Source: Mobula hypostoma (lineage: Eukaryota). Taken from it: a DNA stretch of 64,000 nt. Below are positions 37,401 through 52,400 of this stretch, one piece after another. The stretch lies in NCBI RefSeq assembly GCF_963921235.1, contig NC_086097.1, forward strand, positions 52,826,001 through 52,890,000. Direction: 5' to 3'. The stretch's first letter is position 1, and each line of letters opens with the position of its first letter. The notes under the pieces are model-generated. The model saw only the letters and a list, made by a program, of their open reading frames with translations. It had not been told where the DNA came from and searched no databases. Made by a program: the position numbers and the translations under genes.

Positions 37401-40400
37401 TTTTTGACAACGATCAACAGAAAAAGACTCTTACATGTCAAAGCAAAAACAGATCTCTGCCAAGTGATCTAAATTAATTACAAATATAAAAATATTGATT
37501 GCATAAGTATTCAACCCCCTCCCCCTTAATATGACACACCAAATCATCACTGGTGCAGCCAATTGGTTTTAGAAGTCACATAATTAGTTAAATGGAGAGC
37601 ACCATGTGCAGTCAAGGTGTTTCAATTTCCAGTTTCTGTCCCTTAGTGTTCTTTTGACTCTATACTTCTCCAAGAGCTTTCATGAAAAATGGAAGAATTG
37701 CAGTATAGTTTTTTCCATAGAAGCTAACTTAAAGAATAATTAACTTATTAATTCATCTCAAATTAGTGATAATAAACTCTTCCCAATATACTTTTTGCTT
37801 TATAGAATGTATCATGTTCCTAAATTATCAACGTTAAATGTCACAAGTGATAATGATAATATCTTAAGGTGTTAGTTCACCTTAATTTTGTACATGACAT
37901 TTTGAATAAATAGCTACTGCAACTAAAACCAATCTTATTAGAATTCACTATAAATAACACATTTTTAAATGGCATGTGTATTTTGTTTGGTACTGTGACT
38001 AAGTTGAACACAACTTTAAGTATTAAACTATATTTCATGTGCAGAAAATACCCAAGATTGTAGAACCCAAGATTACAATTTTATCTAAAATCTATAAATA
38101 TTTTAATCACACATTGAGTCCAATCACCCCAAATAAATGTAGTCACTGTGTTAGAGTAAACATTACTTGGCAATTAAAGGGATATTTTACTAGTCCATTG
38201 GAATGAAAACTGGTAGATTTTAATCTGTGTCCTAATTATGCCAAATATCGAAGCAGATCATAATGCTAAATAGTCTGACAAATCAGCACAAAACACCATA
38301 GCCCTGTAACATCCACTCAGGGCTGGTGGTTTACAATCAGCTAATAGTTCACTGATAACCATTTCATTAATCATTGCATAGCGTTGTATGTGATGCAAGA
38401 GATAGAGTTGTCATGCTTCAGTGTACCTTCGGTGAAAGTGACCAATGAATGATCCAATCAGACTTACTCCGAAGAGTCTCCTTTGCAAATAACATAAAAT
38501 AATGACCGATGTTCCAAAAAGTAACAAACCCACTTGGTGAACTTAATGAATGGTGGAGGACCAGAAGGCCTACTGCTGCTCCTTTTAATGAAAACCTACC
38601 ACATTGCTGGTGGTCTACCAAGCCGTGAGTGAAATAACCCATTTCCATGAAAGGATCTAGACAATTGCAATCCAGCCAAATTAACCAGGTTGGGAAAAAT
38701 CCAAAAACATGAAAGCACGTTAGTTTAAAGTTGCTTCAAAAGAGTAGGAGCAATGGTAGGACAAAGGGAATATTTTTCACATGGTGGAAACAGAATTGCA
38801 ATGGTGAAAAGCTGTTGGCTAAGTCATTTAGCTAATGGATTAATAAGGTGCATTGGGGAGAGAGACAGAGACAGAACAAATGAAATTATAAATGCTGTGA
38901 AGTGCAATTGACATCAGTGGGAAATGTATGCTGTATCAATTAGTTAAGTGGAAAGAACAAAAACTTACTCAGAAAATATTCAAATATATTAACCTATTTT
39001 CTAGTTCAGCTGAAGCTTTCACACCTATATCTTCTCATTCCCTTTTGCAATCTTCAGTATTTAGCCAAAAATCCTGCTACCTTATCCTTTTATAATAAAA
39101 TTCTGCTTCTTCATATATGTACTTACATCAATTACTTACAAGCAGTATAGAAGAGAACTACAACGTGGGGAGTTGCCAACAAACTTTGAGGAAAACTTCT
39201 GTCTGTTAGTGCTGGAATTAAGTCCACATCACGTTCTCTCCATCTATTTCTGTATATAGCTTCTGCTACTTCGTCATCTTGAATAACTGAAGGGCGGAAA
39301 AATAATCATTGGATCCATCAGAGGCATACTGGCAACAAAGTACCCCCATGAGTTAAATGACACCATCTAATTTTCTGAAATAATATAACATCTATCTTGG
39401 GTCCACAATTTATAAAAGCATCTGTAAGGTAGGTCCTACTTAAGAGAAAAACACAATTAAAAGTTACTTCCTTCTATCTTCCCCCAACCTCCTACGAATG
39501 GAGATACTCCAGAAGAATGTGATAGGACAGAGTAGCAGGTATTCTGATCTTCTAACCTGAGTTGTAATTTTAATCAACAAAGTCTAACACTGAAGGGGCC
39601 TTTCTTTTCAAAGCAGAACATTGTATACAAACATTGTATTAAAAATTAATGCTTGAAATTATAGAAAACCTATGTAGCAGGAGTCCATTCAGCCACTTTG
39701 CCCATGTCAGTCACAAAAGAAATACCTGGCCAAATCTCACCCTCCAACACTTAGTCTGCACCCCTCCAGATCTCACATCAAAGGTCTTTTTCAATATGAT
39801 GAAGGTTTCTACCTCTATCACTCATTTGGCAATGGATTACAGTCCCAGCCCCAATTCGAGATAAAATTTTCCAATCCTTGCAAAACCCTCCATCCAGTGT
39901 AATCATGTCCCTTCCAAGAGTTCGGCGTCCAGAACAATGCGTCAAATAAGCTATGTTCAGTTATTACTTTATGCAGTTTTAGCAAAACTTTTTTGCTCTT
40001 TCATTCTGTACTTTATCAAACTAAAATATATCATATACAGTTTTAACCACATTATTGATTGATTGATCCTGCTACTTTTGAGGATCTGTGGACTTGTGTC
40101 CTGAAGTACCTCTGTTCCTAAGCACCATTCAATATCCCCCCTTCTCCCATTTATAGTGTGTTCTCTTTCTGATTTGTACACCCCCAAAAGTAGTGCCTCA
40201 CATTTATCTGGATTAAACGCCATTAACACTTTCCTATCCAATTGTCCAATCCATCCACATCTTCCTCCAAACAAAAGCTCTCCAATTGATTGTCAATTGT
40301 TCTTTTCCCTTTACGTTTTTCAACAATCTGTGATAGGGTGAAAGAGGAAGATTTAAGAGGTTTAATATGTTTGTGCCTTCCAATGTTCCACAGAGGTGCT

Positions 40401-43400
40401 TCCTAATTACAATATCAGTACCATGTTTCTCTTTTGTGGCGAGTCACAAAGTATTCATTAAGAACTTTATCCACACGCTCTGCCTCTGTAAGCAAGTTAG
40501 CTTATTAGACCCTATGTTTTCTTTGGTTATTCTCTTTTCTTTCGTACTCATTTTTAGATTTTCTTTGATTTTACTGCTAGAATTTTTTTCTATATCCTCC
40601 CTTTGCTTTCCTATTTTCCTTACTAGATTCATTTTTAATACTTTTTCTACTCTTCCAAGCTTTCTGCTCTACAATGTTTTCACTACCTGATATAAACTTA
40701 CTCTTTTTTGATATCTTACCCTCTATGCACCATGTTATATCAGAAGCTCAAATTCAGCATTCAACATTTTTCTGAACACCATTAATCTCCTCCCTGAATG
40801 CCTCCTCCTCTGGTCTGACCCTGATTTAACTTCAAGTCATGTTTCCAATCCACTTTCAATAAACCACTAAAATTTACCGTGAGGAGGAGGAGGAGAAGAT
40901 GGCGGCGCAACACAGCACGCAGCGGCCACTCCCGTGAATGATATCTGTTATCTGTCAAGTAGGGTGCTGTGTACTATCCTGATTTGATGGAGACAGACGT
41001 GAGAGCACGGAGCAACATCTGGAGAAACTTCTGAAATGCCTGCTTTGCTGGCACTGCTGCTGTGTGATCCAGAATCTCCGGAGAAGGCCCCGAGACCTTG
41101 GCTTTGCTTGTTGCTTGGTGGCCGGGGCAGGGTCAGAGCGCTCGGCAGAAAAGGGTTAGGCGAGTCTCGGATGGCAATTGCTAAAGGTTCAAGGGCAAAA
41201 TCAAATAACAATGGACTAAGAGGGCATCCTTGCCTAGTACCCCAAGATAAACGAAAAAAGGGAGATCTTTGATTATTAGTACAAACCAAAGCTACAGGGG
41301 TATGATATATCAATTTAATCCAAGATATAAATATCGGACTAAAATTAAATTTCTCGAACACACTAAATAAATATGGTCATTCAACTTGATCGAAAGCTTT
41401 CTCAGCATTTAATGGAATAATACATTCCGGAGTGTTAAGTGAAGGAGTATAAACAATATTCATTAACCTCCTGATATTAAAAGATGAATAACAGTTTTTA
41501 ATAAATCCTGTTTGGTCCACAGAGATAATTTGAGGTAATACCTTCTCTAACCTAGTTGCAAAAATTTTAGAAAAAATTTTTGAATCTACGTTCAAAAGAG
41601 ATATCGGTCTATATGATGCACAATCAGTAGGATCTTTATTCCTTTTAAGAATTAAAGAAATAGAAGCTCCATAAAACGATTGTGGTAATTTACCTAATCT
41701 GATTGCTTCTTTGAACGTTCTAAACAACCAAGAAGAGAGAATAGAGGAAAAAGACTTTTAAAAGTCCACTGTAAAACCATCAGGACCAGGTGCTTTGCCG
41801 GAATTCATTGAGGAAATAACAGTTGTTATTTCTTCCTCTGTAATAGGAGTTTCTAATGTTAAACAATCTTTGGGTGATAATTTCGGAAAGTTCAATTTCC
41901 TTAAAAAGTCATGCATGATGTTAGAATCATGAGGAAAATCAGAATAGTATAAAGAGGTATAAAATTCTTGAAAAGTTTTGTTTATCTCATCATGATCAAC
42001 TGTCAAAGTATCATCATGTTTACGGATCTTAATAATTTGACGTTTAACCAAAGAAGTTTTCAATTGATTAGCTAATAATTTACCCGATTTATCACTATGA
42101 ATGTAAAACTTACTTCTCGTTTTCATTAATTGATTTTCAATCGAAGATGTTAATAATAATAAACCTAACATTTTTGGTATTATCCGTGGAAATGAAATAC
42201 ATAAATTATCATTATATGCAGATGATTTGTTATTATATATCTCTAATCCGGGGAAATCGAATCCCGTTATTTTATCTTTGTTGGCTCAATTTAGTAACTT
42301 TTCTGGTTATAAATTGAACCTTAATAAGAGTGAACTATTTCCCCTAAATAAGCAGGTTCCTATTTATGGATGTTCACCATTTAAATTGGTTACTGATTCT
42401 TTTACATATTTAGGGATTAAAATCACAAAAAAGCATAAAGATTTATTCAAGGCTAATTTTTTACCTTTAATTGATCAGATTAAACTTTTGTTTACTAAAT
42501 GGTCACCAATGTCTCTGTCATTGATCGGTTGGATCAATGCTATCAAGATGATTATTTTGCCTAAATTTTTTAATGTATTTCAAATGGTACCAATTTTTAT
42601 TCCAAAATCCTTGTTTGGTAATGTTGATTCAAAAATTTCCTCATATATAGGGCAGAACAAAAACCTTAGGTTAGGTAAAAGACATTTACAGAAATCTAAA
42701 GAAGGGTGGGGGGAGGGGGTAGCTCTCCCGATCCTTAGATTTTACTATTGGGCAATTAACATTCGATATTCAAAATTTTGGTTATGGGACTTGGATGTAA
42801 TTTCAAGTCCACATTGGGTAAATCTTGAATGTAATTCTTTACAAGGGTTTTCACTGGGTTCTATTTTATGGACTTTGCTCCCCTTTACTTTTTCTAAATT
42901 GTATAAACAAATGGATAACCCAATAGTTAAACATATGGTTTCAATTTCCAAAATTTTTTGGGTTGAACCAATTTATTTTAGCAAGTCCACTATACTTAAT
43001 TTCTTTTTTCAACCTTCCACTATGGATCAAGCATATTTAGACTGGAAAATCAAAGGTATAGTACGATTTTGTGATTCATTTTCAGATAATTGTTTTATGA
43101 CCTTTGAACAATTATCTAATAAATATAATCTGCCTAGATCTCACTTTTTTAGATACTTACAGGTTAGAAATTTTTTATATACTGTTTCTCCTAACTTTCC
43201 AAATTTATATTCAGTGGATATTTTGGAAAAAAATTTAGATTTAAATCCTTTTCAGAAAGGCGTTATAGCAATTATTTATAATACAATTATGAATATATGT
43301 CCTGATGTGTCTAATAAAATTAAGACTGATTGAGAAAGAGAACTTAAGATTACTGTACTGATTGAAAAATGGGAAAAAATTCTTCAATTAGTTAATTCAT

Positions 43401-46400
43401 CCTCTATATGTGCTAAACATACGTTGACACAGTTTAAAGTAGTGCACAGGGCTCATATATCTAAAGATAAATTATCTCGTTATTATTCTTATACAAATCC
43501 TATATGTGATAGATGCCATTCCAAGGTAGCTTTTTAACTCGTATGTTCTGGTCATGTCCTTTATTGAAAAAATATTGGAAAGGTATTTTTGATATTATCT
43601 CAACTGTTTTGAACATTGACTTACAACCTCACCCAAATACTGCGATTTTTGGGTTACCAATGATAGAATCAAGTCATTTAATCTCTTCAGCTCGTCCGAT
43701 GATTGCATTTCTTACTTTAATGGCTAGAAGATCCATTTTGCTGAACTGGGAAGAGATTAATCCTCCTACCACATTTCATTGGTTCTCTCAAACTATGCTG
43801 CGTTTAAATTTGGAAAAAATTAGAGGTGTTGTTTATGATCCCGCTATTAAATTTGAAAAGAACTGGAGGCCATTTTTTCAACATTTTTATATGACGTAAT
43901 TTGACCTTTTCCAAACTTATTCTATTTCTTTGTAATATTGGTTGAGAGGATCGGAGTCGTCGACACAAAGGTTTCTTTTTTTTTTAAAAAATGATGTTAC
44001 ATAACAGCCCATGTCTTTTTTTCAAAGTTTAGTTGATTAATACTGTTTAGGTTAGTTTTTTTTGGGGGGGGGGTTATAGTTTTTTTTTCTTTTTCATGAT
44101 TTTTTTTTAGATATTTTTCTTTGTTTTATATTGTTCATCTGTATCCTACATGATTGGGAGTTTTATCCTTTAAGTGTCAACTGGCTTTATAATTAACTAT
44201 GCCAATTATAACAATGTATCCCAATAACTTTGTATCATTACTATGCTATGCTTATTATTATGAAACTAATAAAAAGATTGAAAAAGAAAAAGAAGCGCTC
44301 GGCAGAGATGGTGCTGGGTGTCGGAGGGCTGGTCAGAGGCTCGAAGTTTTCAGACGGACTCAGAGTCGGCTGTGGTTGGGTGCTTTCAATGCATTGGCAG
44401 TTGTCGGCGCCTGGAGGTTTATGGCAGGGAGAGTTTCTCGTTTTTGCCGCCTGCTATCGGGACTATTGGGAGTCGATCGGAACTTTGAGACTTCTTTTTT
44501 ACGGTGCCCATGGTCTGCTCTTAATCAAATTATGGTATTGTTTTGCACTGCTGTAACTATATGTTATAATTATGTGGTCTTGTCAGTGTTCGCCTTTGGT
44601 TTGTCCTGTTTTTTTTTGAGATATCACTCTGGAGGAACATTGTATCATTTCTTAATGCATGCATTTCTCAATGACAATAAATGAGGACTGTGTCCTCATA
44701 ATCTAATCTAATCTAATCTATTCTAATCTAATCTAAACAATGTAAAACCTTTGCTCTGATTTGGACTATTTTGGGTCTGTTATATATAGTCAAAGAAAAG
44801 CTCTTCTGTATGAAGTTTAGGAGTTCTGTGCACTCTATCTTTTATCCTAAATGTAACCCAACTAATAACACAGTATCCTAATTGAAAGACCCTCTATCAT
44901 TCTTCCAGTTTTCCACTTTTCAGAAATTTGCTCATCTTCCTCAAATTTGGAGGTCTGTGCTATATTCTTCACAGTGCATTTGCTTGTTTTTAGTTCATTA
45001 CTTCTATCCATACAGCTCTCCTTCCATCAAAGCATCCTTTTTCATTACTACAAGAAATTTCAGAAGCCCAACATTCCCTCTCTTTGTTTGGGCACACTCT
45101 TTCTCCTTAAACATTCCTAGGAATGTTAAGCTGCCACTCCTGTCCCTATTTTCCTCACCATCAGGGACACCTTCAAGAAGCAAGGCCTCAAGAAGGCATC
45201 GTTCATTATTAAGAACCTCACCATCTGGGACATACCCTCATCTCATCAGGAAGCAGCCTGACCACCCACACTCAACAATTCAGAAACAGCTTCTTCCCCC
45301 TCTGCATAAATCTCTGACAGGACCTCATTGTTTTTGAACTACTTATTTAATTTGTAATAATTTTATGCCTTTGTATTACACTGCTGCCGCAAAACAACAA
45401 ATTTCTCAGCACTTAGAAAGTGATAATAAATCCGATTCTGAATTCTGTCCTTCTGTAAGCCATGTTTCAGTAATAGATAAAATATCATAGTTTTGCACCT
45501 TTCAGTGCCCCTAGCTCATCTATTTGTTGACTGCAATGTTTATTGGGTCCATACTATTAAGCAGTCAGACACCAGTTAGATCTATTTTCCATCCTTTCTT
45601 TGCTTTTGTATTCTAATCTCTCTCACTCATCTTCAGTCTTCCACTTCTGATTTTCCCTACCCATGAAGAATATTTGTCACCATCCTCTCAAAGTACAATC
45701 TATGTAGCCTATACCTTTCTTTGCTACCTTTCAGATCCTGCTCCTCAGCCTCTTTCCTAACCCCTGAAAATCTGCATGCAGAATCTCAACTTACATTATT
45801 GACGCCTCTGTGAACTATAACCACTGGAATGGTCTGCAGCTGCTAACCTTGATCTCTGGCAAATGCATCCTCTATAACTTTTTTCCACCCTCCCTAACTA
45901 GCTGAGGCAACCCTGGTTTCTGCTTTCATTACCCAGGGCACCCTTTCACCCATCAGTAATCAGTATCTGGCTTATTTCTTCTTGTGTGTTAGTTGTAGCC
46001 CAGTCCCTCGCTGATTACATTCTCTTGAACTCCAAGTAATCACCACCTGAAATGTACTATTTAAAAAGTACTCAGCATCACAGATGGAATGCATCAACAT
46101 CAGCTGTTGATCAGGCTGCAAATCCCAGACTTCAACCTTTTCTCCAAATGACAATTCCTCCTGCAAGCCGGATTATGCAGGATGGCCGAACTCATTAAGT
46201 ATCAGAATCACATCTTTTTCTCTCCCTTAGCACTTTTCAAAGAACCAAGTCAGCCCCTGTAGGTGTTACCAAGTAACTAGTTGTAGCTAGCAAGGCAAGG
46301 TAAGTCAAGTTTATAGCACTTTTCAAACGCAAGGCAGTTCAAAGTGCTTTACATCGAACAAGATATAAAAATCAAGCATCAAATTTCAGACAATATAAAG

Positions 46401-49400
46401 AGCATAAAATCACACAGAAAAATGAAGCAATAAAAGTCACAGTGCAGGAGATTCTAATTAAAAGCTACAACAGAAAGAAAAGTTTTAAGCCTCAGTTTGA
46501 AAGAGCTTAAAGTTGGGGCAGACTTCAGGTCCTCTGGAAGGTTATTCCAGATATGTGGAGCATGGCAACTAAAAGCAGCTTCAGTATATTTAGTTTTGAC
46601 CCTGGGGACAGTAAGCAACCCTGCCCCAGACTAGAAATAGGGGACATAGTCTCAAGATTTAGGGGAGTAGATTTAGGACGAAGATGAGGAGGAACTGCTT
46701 TTCTCAGAGAGAGGTGAATCTGTGGAATTCTGTGCCCAATGATGCAGTGGAGGCTACCTCAGTAAGCATATTTAAGCCAAAGTTGGATAGTTGCATAGCA
46801 GGGGAATTAAGGGTTATGGGGAAAAGGCTACTCCTGCTCTTATTTCTTATGTTCTTATGTAGATGACCTGAGAGCTCGGGAAGGTTCATAGTGCAGCAAG
46901 AGTTTGGACATGTACTTTGGCCCTAGACTATTCAGTACTTCATAAACCAGTAGTAATATTTTAAAGTCAGTCCGCTAATGGACAGGAAGCCAGTGTAGCA
47001 CTCTGAGAACAGATTTCTTGGTCTTAGTGAGGACTCTACCAGCAGCGTTCTGAATGAGCTCCAGCTCTCGGAGGGATTTTTTTTAACCAAAGCCTGTGAA
47101 AACGCCATTACAGTAGTCAAGCCTACTAAAAATTAATGTATGGACAAGTTTTTCTAGATCTTGCTGAGACATAAGCCTTTTAACTCTTGCTATATTTTTA
47201 AGATGTTAGTAGGCTGACTTTGTAATTGTTTTAAAGTGGCAGTTAAAATTTAAGTCGGAGTCCATCACAACACCAAGGTTTCTGGCTTGGTTTGTGGGCT
47301 GTAACAATAGGCATTCTAAGTGAGCACTGACTTAATCGTTCTAGCCACCTAACTATGTAATTGCTACTTGTTTCTCTTGCACTGTTAAGGTTAATGCTAA
47401 CAGCAAAACTCAACTAAATTCCAGAAAGAAATCAATTTAGATATAATAAGTTTGGATGTTATCATTTTAAATTCACTTCCTCGCACTGGGTAAAAACATT
47501 GAGCTATGGGATATCACAGGGTAATTAACAGGTTCCATCCATAACCTGATTTTATCCATTTGCCAAAAAATACACAAAAATCACTCGATATGGTGATGAT
47601 GTCTCCAAAGGACTGTAATGGATGGCATCAAAAGCACATGAGACAAATAACAACGATTACTTTAAAAAATTATTCATTGAAATGAACGTTTGCACATACG
47701 TCGAACATTTGAATTTAATAATGTTTTGGGAAATTGTTCATTGGTGGGAGTGTCTATAAGTCAGGTTTTCATGACCCAAGGATGACCTGTATAATGAAAT
47801 AGAAAGATGACACTGAACATTAAAAATATGATTAGCTAGCAAATGTGTCTTTATACAAAAATGATTCAGATTGAGATCAACCATGATGTCAAGAATACCT
47901 ACAATAAATTTACCATCACCTTCTTAAAATCGAGGGTGTATTATATCTTCAAACAATCTATTCAAATAACTAACTTCACTAAAAGGAACTTCTACCACCC
48001 TATTGTAATCTATTTAACCACCTGGTGGTTATGCAGTTTCGTTAAATTGACTGACATTAAGTATTTCATTTTCTGCAAATAAAAACTACTGTGTTATTAT
48101 TAATGTGCCATTATTTTGCTCATAGGGTGCAGAATAAAATATCTGGGGAAAAATAAATGAAAACATGCCTTGTGCCATGAAATTGTTCCTTCCATAAAAA
48201 TGTGTAAGTCAACCATTTATGATGTTCAGCAAGTAAGTTAAACACGGCATTCAAAATACATTTATTATCAAAGGATGTACAGCTTGAGATTTGCTTCCTA
48301 CCAGGCAGCCACGAAACAAAGAAAGCCAAAAGAACCCATTAAAAAAAAAGATCATCAAACACCCAATTTGCAGAGAGAAAAGAAACAAGTCATGCAAACA
48401 ATAAACACAAGCAAATAACATTCTGAAATGAAGTCCATAAAGAGGGACAGTCCCTAGAACCTTAGTTCAGCGCAGAGTGCAGCAGCAAGCTGAACCAGCC
48501 TGGCACTTGTCTCGGGCTTCAATGCCCGGACCAACCTGGCCCGGCTCCTAAATCATCATCCAAACATCGGGTTCAGTCACCTCAATACACTCTGGGGCCT
48601 GGGCCCCTCTGCCTCGATTCAGCCTGTCCCCGACCTTTCTAATTCGGCCCGGCGCCTAAATCGATTGAACCTCGGGTCTTCACACTCCCGGCAACTGCTT
48701 CGCCTCAGCTCGGTTCTGCCACACCTTTTTGCCTCCAAGTCCAAAGGGAAGTTAGAGATTATCAAGTCAAATATCTATAGGGAAGTTACAAGATTCTACA
48801 GAGATTCCTCTTTCCCAAATAAGATATCCTAAGCCTTTGTATTATAGCTAATATTAGAGTCTAAATTATTCAACTATGCCCAATTGCTAACTGTGGTATG
48901 GCACATCCACTATTCCAGGATTAAGAGCTGTCATTCCACAAGTATTTGATCATATCTAGTTACATTTCTATTTCTTAACCCTAACTCAGATTGGGATCTT
49001 TTCACAGGAGTACATTCAGCCAGAGACTCATTTCTCCGAGATGCAGCCCAGAGCGTCATACAAAGCCATTCCTGCCTGTGGCCATTAAACTTTACATCTC
49101 CTCCCTTGGAGGGTCAGACACCCTGAGCCAATAGGCTGGTCCTGGACTTATTTCATAATTTACTGGCATAATTTACATATTACTATTTAACTATTTATGG
49201 TTCTATTACTATTTATTATTTATGGTGCAACTGTAACGAAAACCAATTTCCCCCGGGATCAATCAAGCATGACTATGACAAATCCAGGTTTTAACAACTA
49301 ATCAATCATCAAGCTCTCTGATATGCAGCAAGATAGCCAGAAATTTTTTTCAGATTATGTAATTCAAACTAAAATAAGAAATACACAGCATTCAATCCCA

Positions 49401-52400
49401 AAGAAAACTGTATTCCAATCTCAAAATAATGCTGCAAAAAAAATGAACTACTGGACCAAAAAATACTGAAATAATAGCTGGAAATGCTTCACATTAAGCC
49501 AAGCAATTAATCTCCTTTATAAATGATCAAAAATACTTTGATAATTTGCCTTCTTTTCTTGAATGGTTTTGCCATTGGATTTCACTAATTTGTGAACTGA
49601 TGTACTGCACTATACCTCTGAAATCCACATCTTCACTTTCTTCTTCCTCATCTGTCTCAGAAGTTGGTATCGGTTTCCTTTCGCTTTTAACTAGGTCAAC
49701 AATTTCTTCAACAGATGTCACAACTAAATAGCTGATGGATGAATCCTAAACAAAAATCAATAAAATACAGTAAAATAATGCAGTCTTTCACCTTCTATTA
49801 GTCAGGAAAATGAAAAAAAGGTATATTATTTGATGAAGGAGGTTTAAGTTTTCATATACATAACTTTAGCTTTGTTTTGTGAACATGACATTATAAAATT
49901 CTAAAGCTAAAATCACTGAAAGTGTGCTACTTCAGCCCAAAACCATACTCAAATCCAAACTACCCTGTGTACTGAGACTTTGCCATTTACATGCCCAACA
50001 TTCCAAGCTGCACAATCATATTTAAACTGGAATTCTGCAAGCTGCAAATCCTCAGCATTTCCAAGAATTTAATCCTGCTGTTCTTCCTATTTCCCAAGAA
50101 CATGTATCGAATACCAGTTAATCATAACACATTACAACAAAAAAAGCATTCAATTTCCTCATAAATCCAGTATCCTTCACAAATTGCAACAAAAAGCTTG
50201 AAATTTGGCATTTTGTATATTTTACATCCAATTCTGGGCCACTCATGAATGATAATACAAAGTACTGTTCCACGCATACGGAAATCTGGGTCACAATTGA
50301 TAGCCTTGGATATCGCTTTCCATTACAAATCAACCATATTATTTTTCTATGATCAGTTCAATCAATACCTCAATTCTATTTAGGATATCAATTTAATTTG
50401 TAAAAATATCAATTGGTCCAAACGTCATACTATTCTCCTCAATTTATGAATTATTTTCTTTATTTAAATCTTCTCTCCCTTTCTCCCTTGAAAATACGCT
50501 TGACAGCAGGTCCTAACCTGACAATATATTACAGCACCCTGTTGTCTCAGGTCAGCTTAGACCAACACTGCTCCTTTTCAGAGAGGAACAAAATGCAAAC
50601 AAATTTGCTACACTCAGCAACAGATCAGCTACACTAATGTTGTATGATTTAAATAAAGGTATATCATTTAACTTCTAGCAAGGCACCACACACAGTTTGC
50701 TTGACTGGGTCAGATAAGTCAGTTCCTCTTTTCTTTTGTGCACCTTACACAGGCTAAGTTACTTTTTTGTTGCTGTTCTTTCTCCTCCTTTCAACATCCA
50801 TGATAAACTGTCTTCAACACAAAGCTTTATTAATTATATCATTTTATGTAAATCAGAAGTTAGATGATATATTATTGATCTGAAATAATTCAAACAGTAG
50901 CTAATTTGTTGTTGCAATAGACTCCAATAGGGATTGCAGGAAATGTGTCAGCTTGCTGTTTAACATTTCTATCAGTTAGGAAGCATTCTTTTCAAAGCTC
51001 TAGCTGGAAGGAAATTACCTGTGGGACTTGTCCACGTTGCTGGATTTCTACACGTGCAGATAGATAGTGACATGCAGAATTAGCTCTCTGCATTTCCTGT
51101 CATTAATCAGAAAAGCTCAACAACAAAATGGGTCGGGGATTGTGCAAATCAGCTACGAATACATCTTTACTATGACATGGGCCTCATTAAAGAGCCTCAT
51201 TACCCAAGATTCCCGTTTCTGTCAACAGTCATGCAATGCTGCCAGTTTACCCATTCGAGGGAATCATCCTGATGTATCTGTTGATTCCAAGTAATCAGGC
51301 ACGTTGTCTAAAATGGCTACTCATCTAGTTCTGTAAAGATGCCTTCACCAAGTTCACACTAGCAGATTTATTCCACTTTTCCACATTGAAGGGTTAAAAA
51401 TTAAAGTTCTTTTTGAATGTGTTTAATTAACCAAAGAAAGATCAATGGCAACTCCTTTTGGCCTAACTAAACCTCTCATGGCACCTGATTAATAGAGTAG
51501 ATCAAATGGCAAGGGAGCATATTAAATGGGGAAACAAGACGCAAGGTGAGCGGTTTCTAAAGAATAAGATCTAATCAGTCGCAAGTTGTACAGAGGGATC
51601 AAGTGTCACAGCTCCAAAGACATTAGCAAAACTAAGTGTCAGAGGCAAGGGGCACTGGGGCTACAAGCAAAGGCAAGCAACAAAAATATAGCTTGGGGAA
51701 AGGGGAAAAGATCCTGTGGAGATCAGCAAGGAAATGGAGGGAGATATAGAACATGATTTCATGCAGCTCGGGATGCAAACAGTCAACTTCCAAATTACTA
51801 AAACAAATGTCATACTCCTTCAGCTGATCTGAATCCTACAGTCACACCTTCTGGCACATTAGGCTGGAGCTGGGCCCTGTTGAAGTTGAAAGCAAACAGT
51901 ATCATTTACTAAAATATATTTTAAAAGAACAGTAAAATTCTTGAATTAAAAACTGTGTCATTAGATTTTGTTAAAACTTTCATTTATTCTGATGGTCGAA
52001 GCTGTAAATTTAAAAGCTGTCTCTTAATTTCTAATGATAAATATTCTACTTAGATTTTTTAAGAGTCACAGAATTGAAGTGATACAGCACATATACAAGT
52101 CTTTCAACCCACTGAATCCACTTCCACACTTTTGGCATGACTAGAGGGTAAGATGTATTGGACTGAAAATATTGCACAACACAGATCAAATCAGACATGG
52201 GATTTTAATTAGCCAATTTTCTAAACTTAAGGTACCAAGTACAGACAAAGGATCCAAATTGCTGAAAAGGATTGTAAGTGTCCTTTTCACTTCCTTCTGT
52301 AAAATAATTTGTTTGCTTCTAATTGCTTTTTACAGCAAACTTACCTTGGCACTAAAATAACTCCTGCTTTTCCAAGTAGCTGCCAGGCCAGGGATTCAGC

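Noticed and set aside
44199..45337. ORFs of 161, 108 and 151 aa
   Set aside because: They run across an L1 tail, a non-coding retroposon and decayed repeats, with no coherent protein features.
51019..51047. 29-nt AG...GT-bounded minus-strand segment considered as a TXNDC16 exon
   Set aside because: It breaks the frame and has no similarity to TXNDC16; exon 51876-51816 fits both phase and homology.
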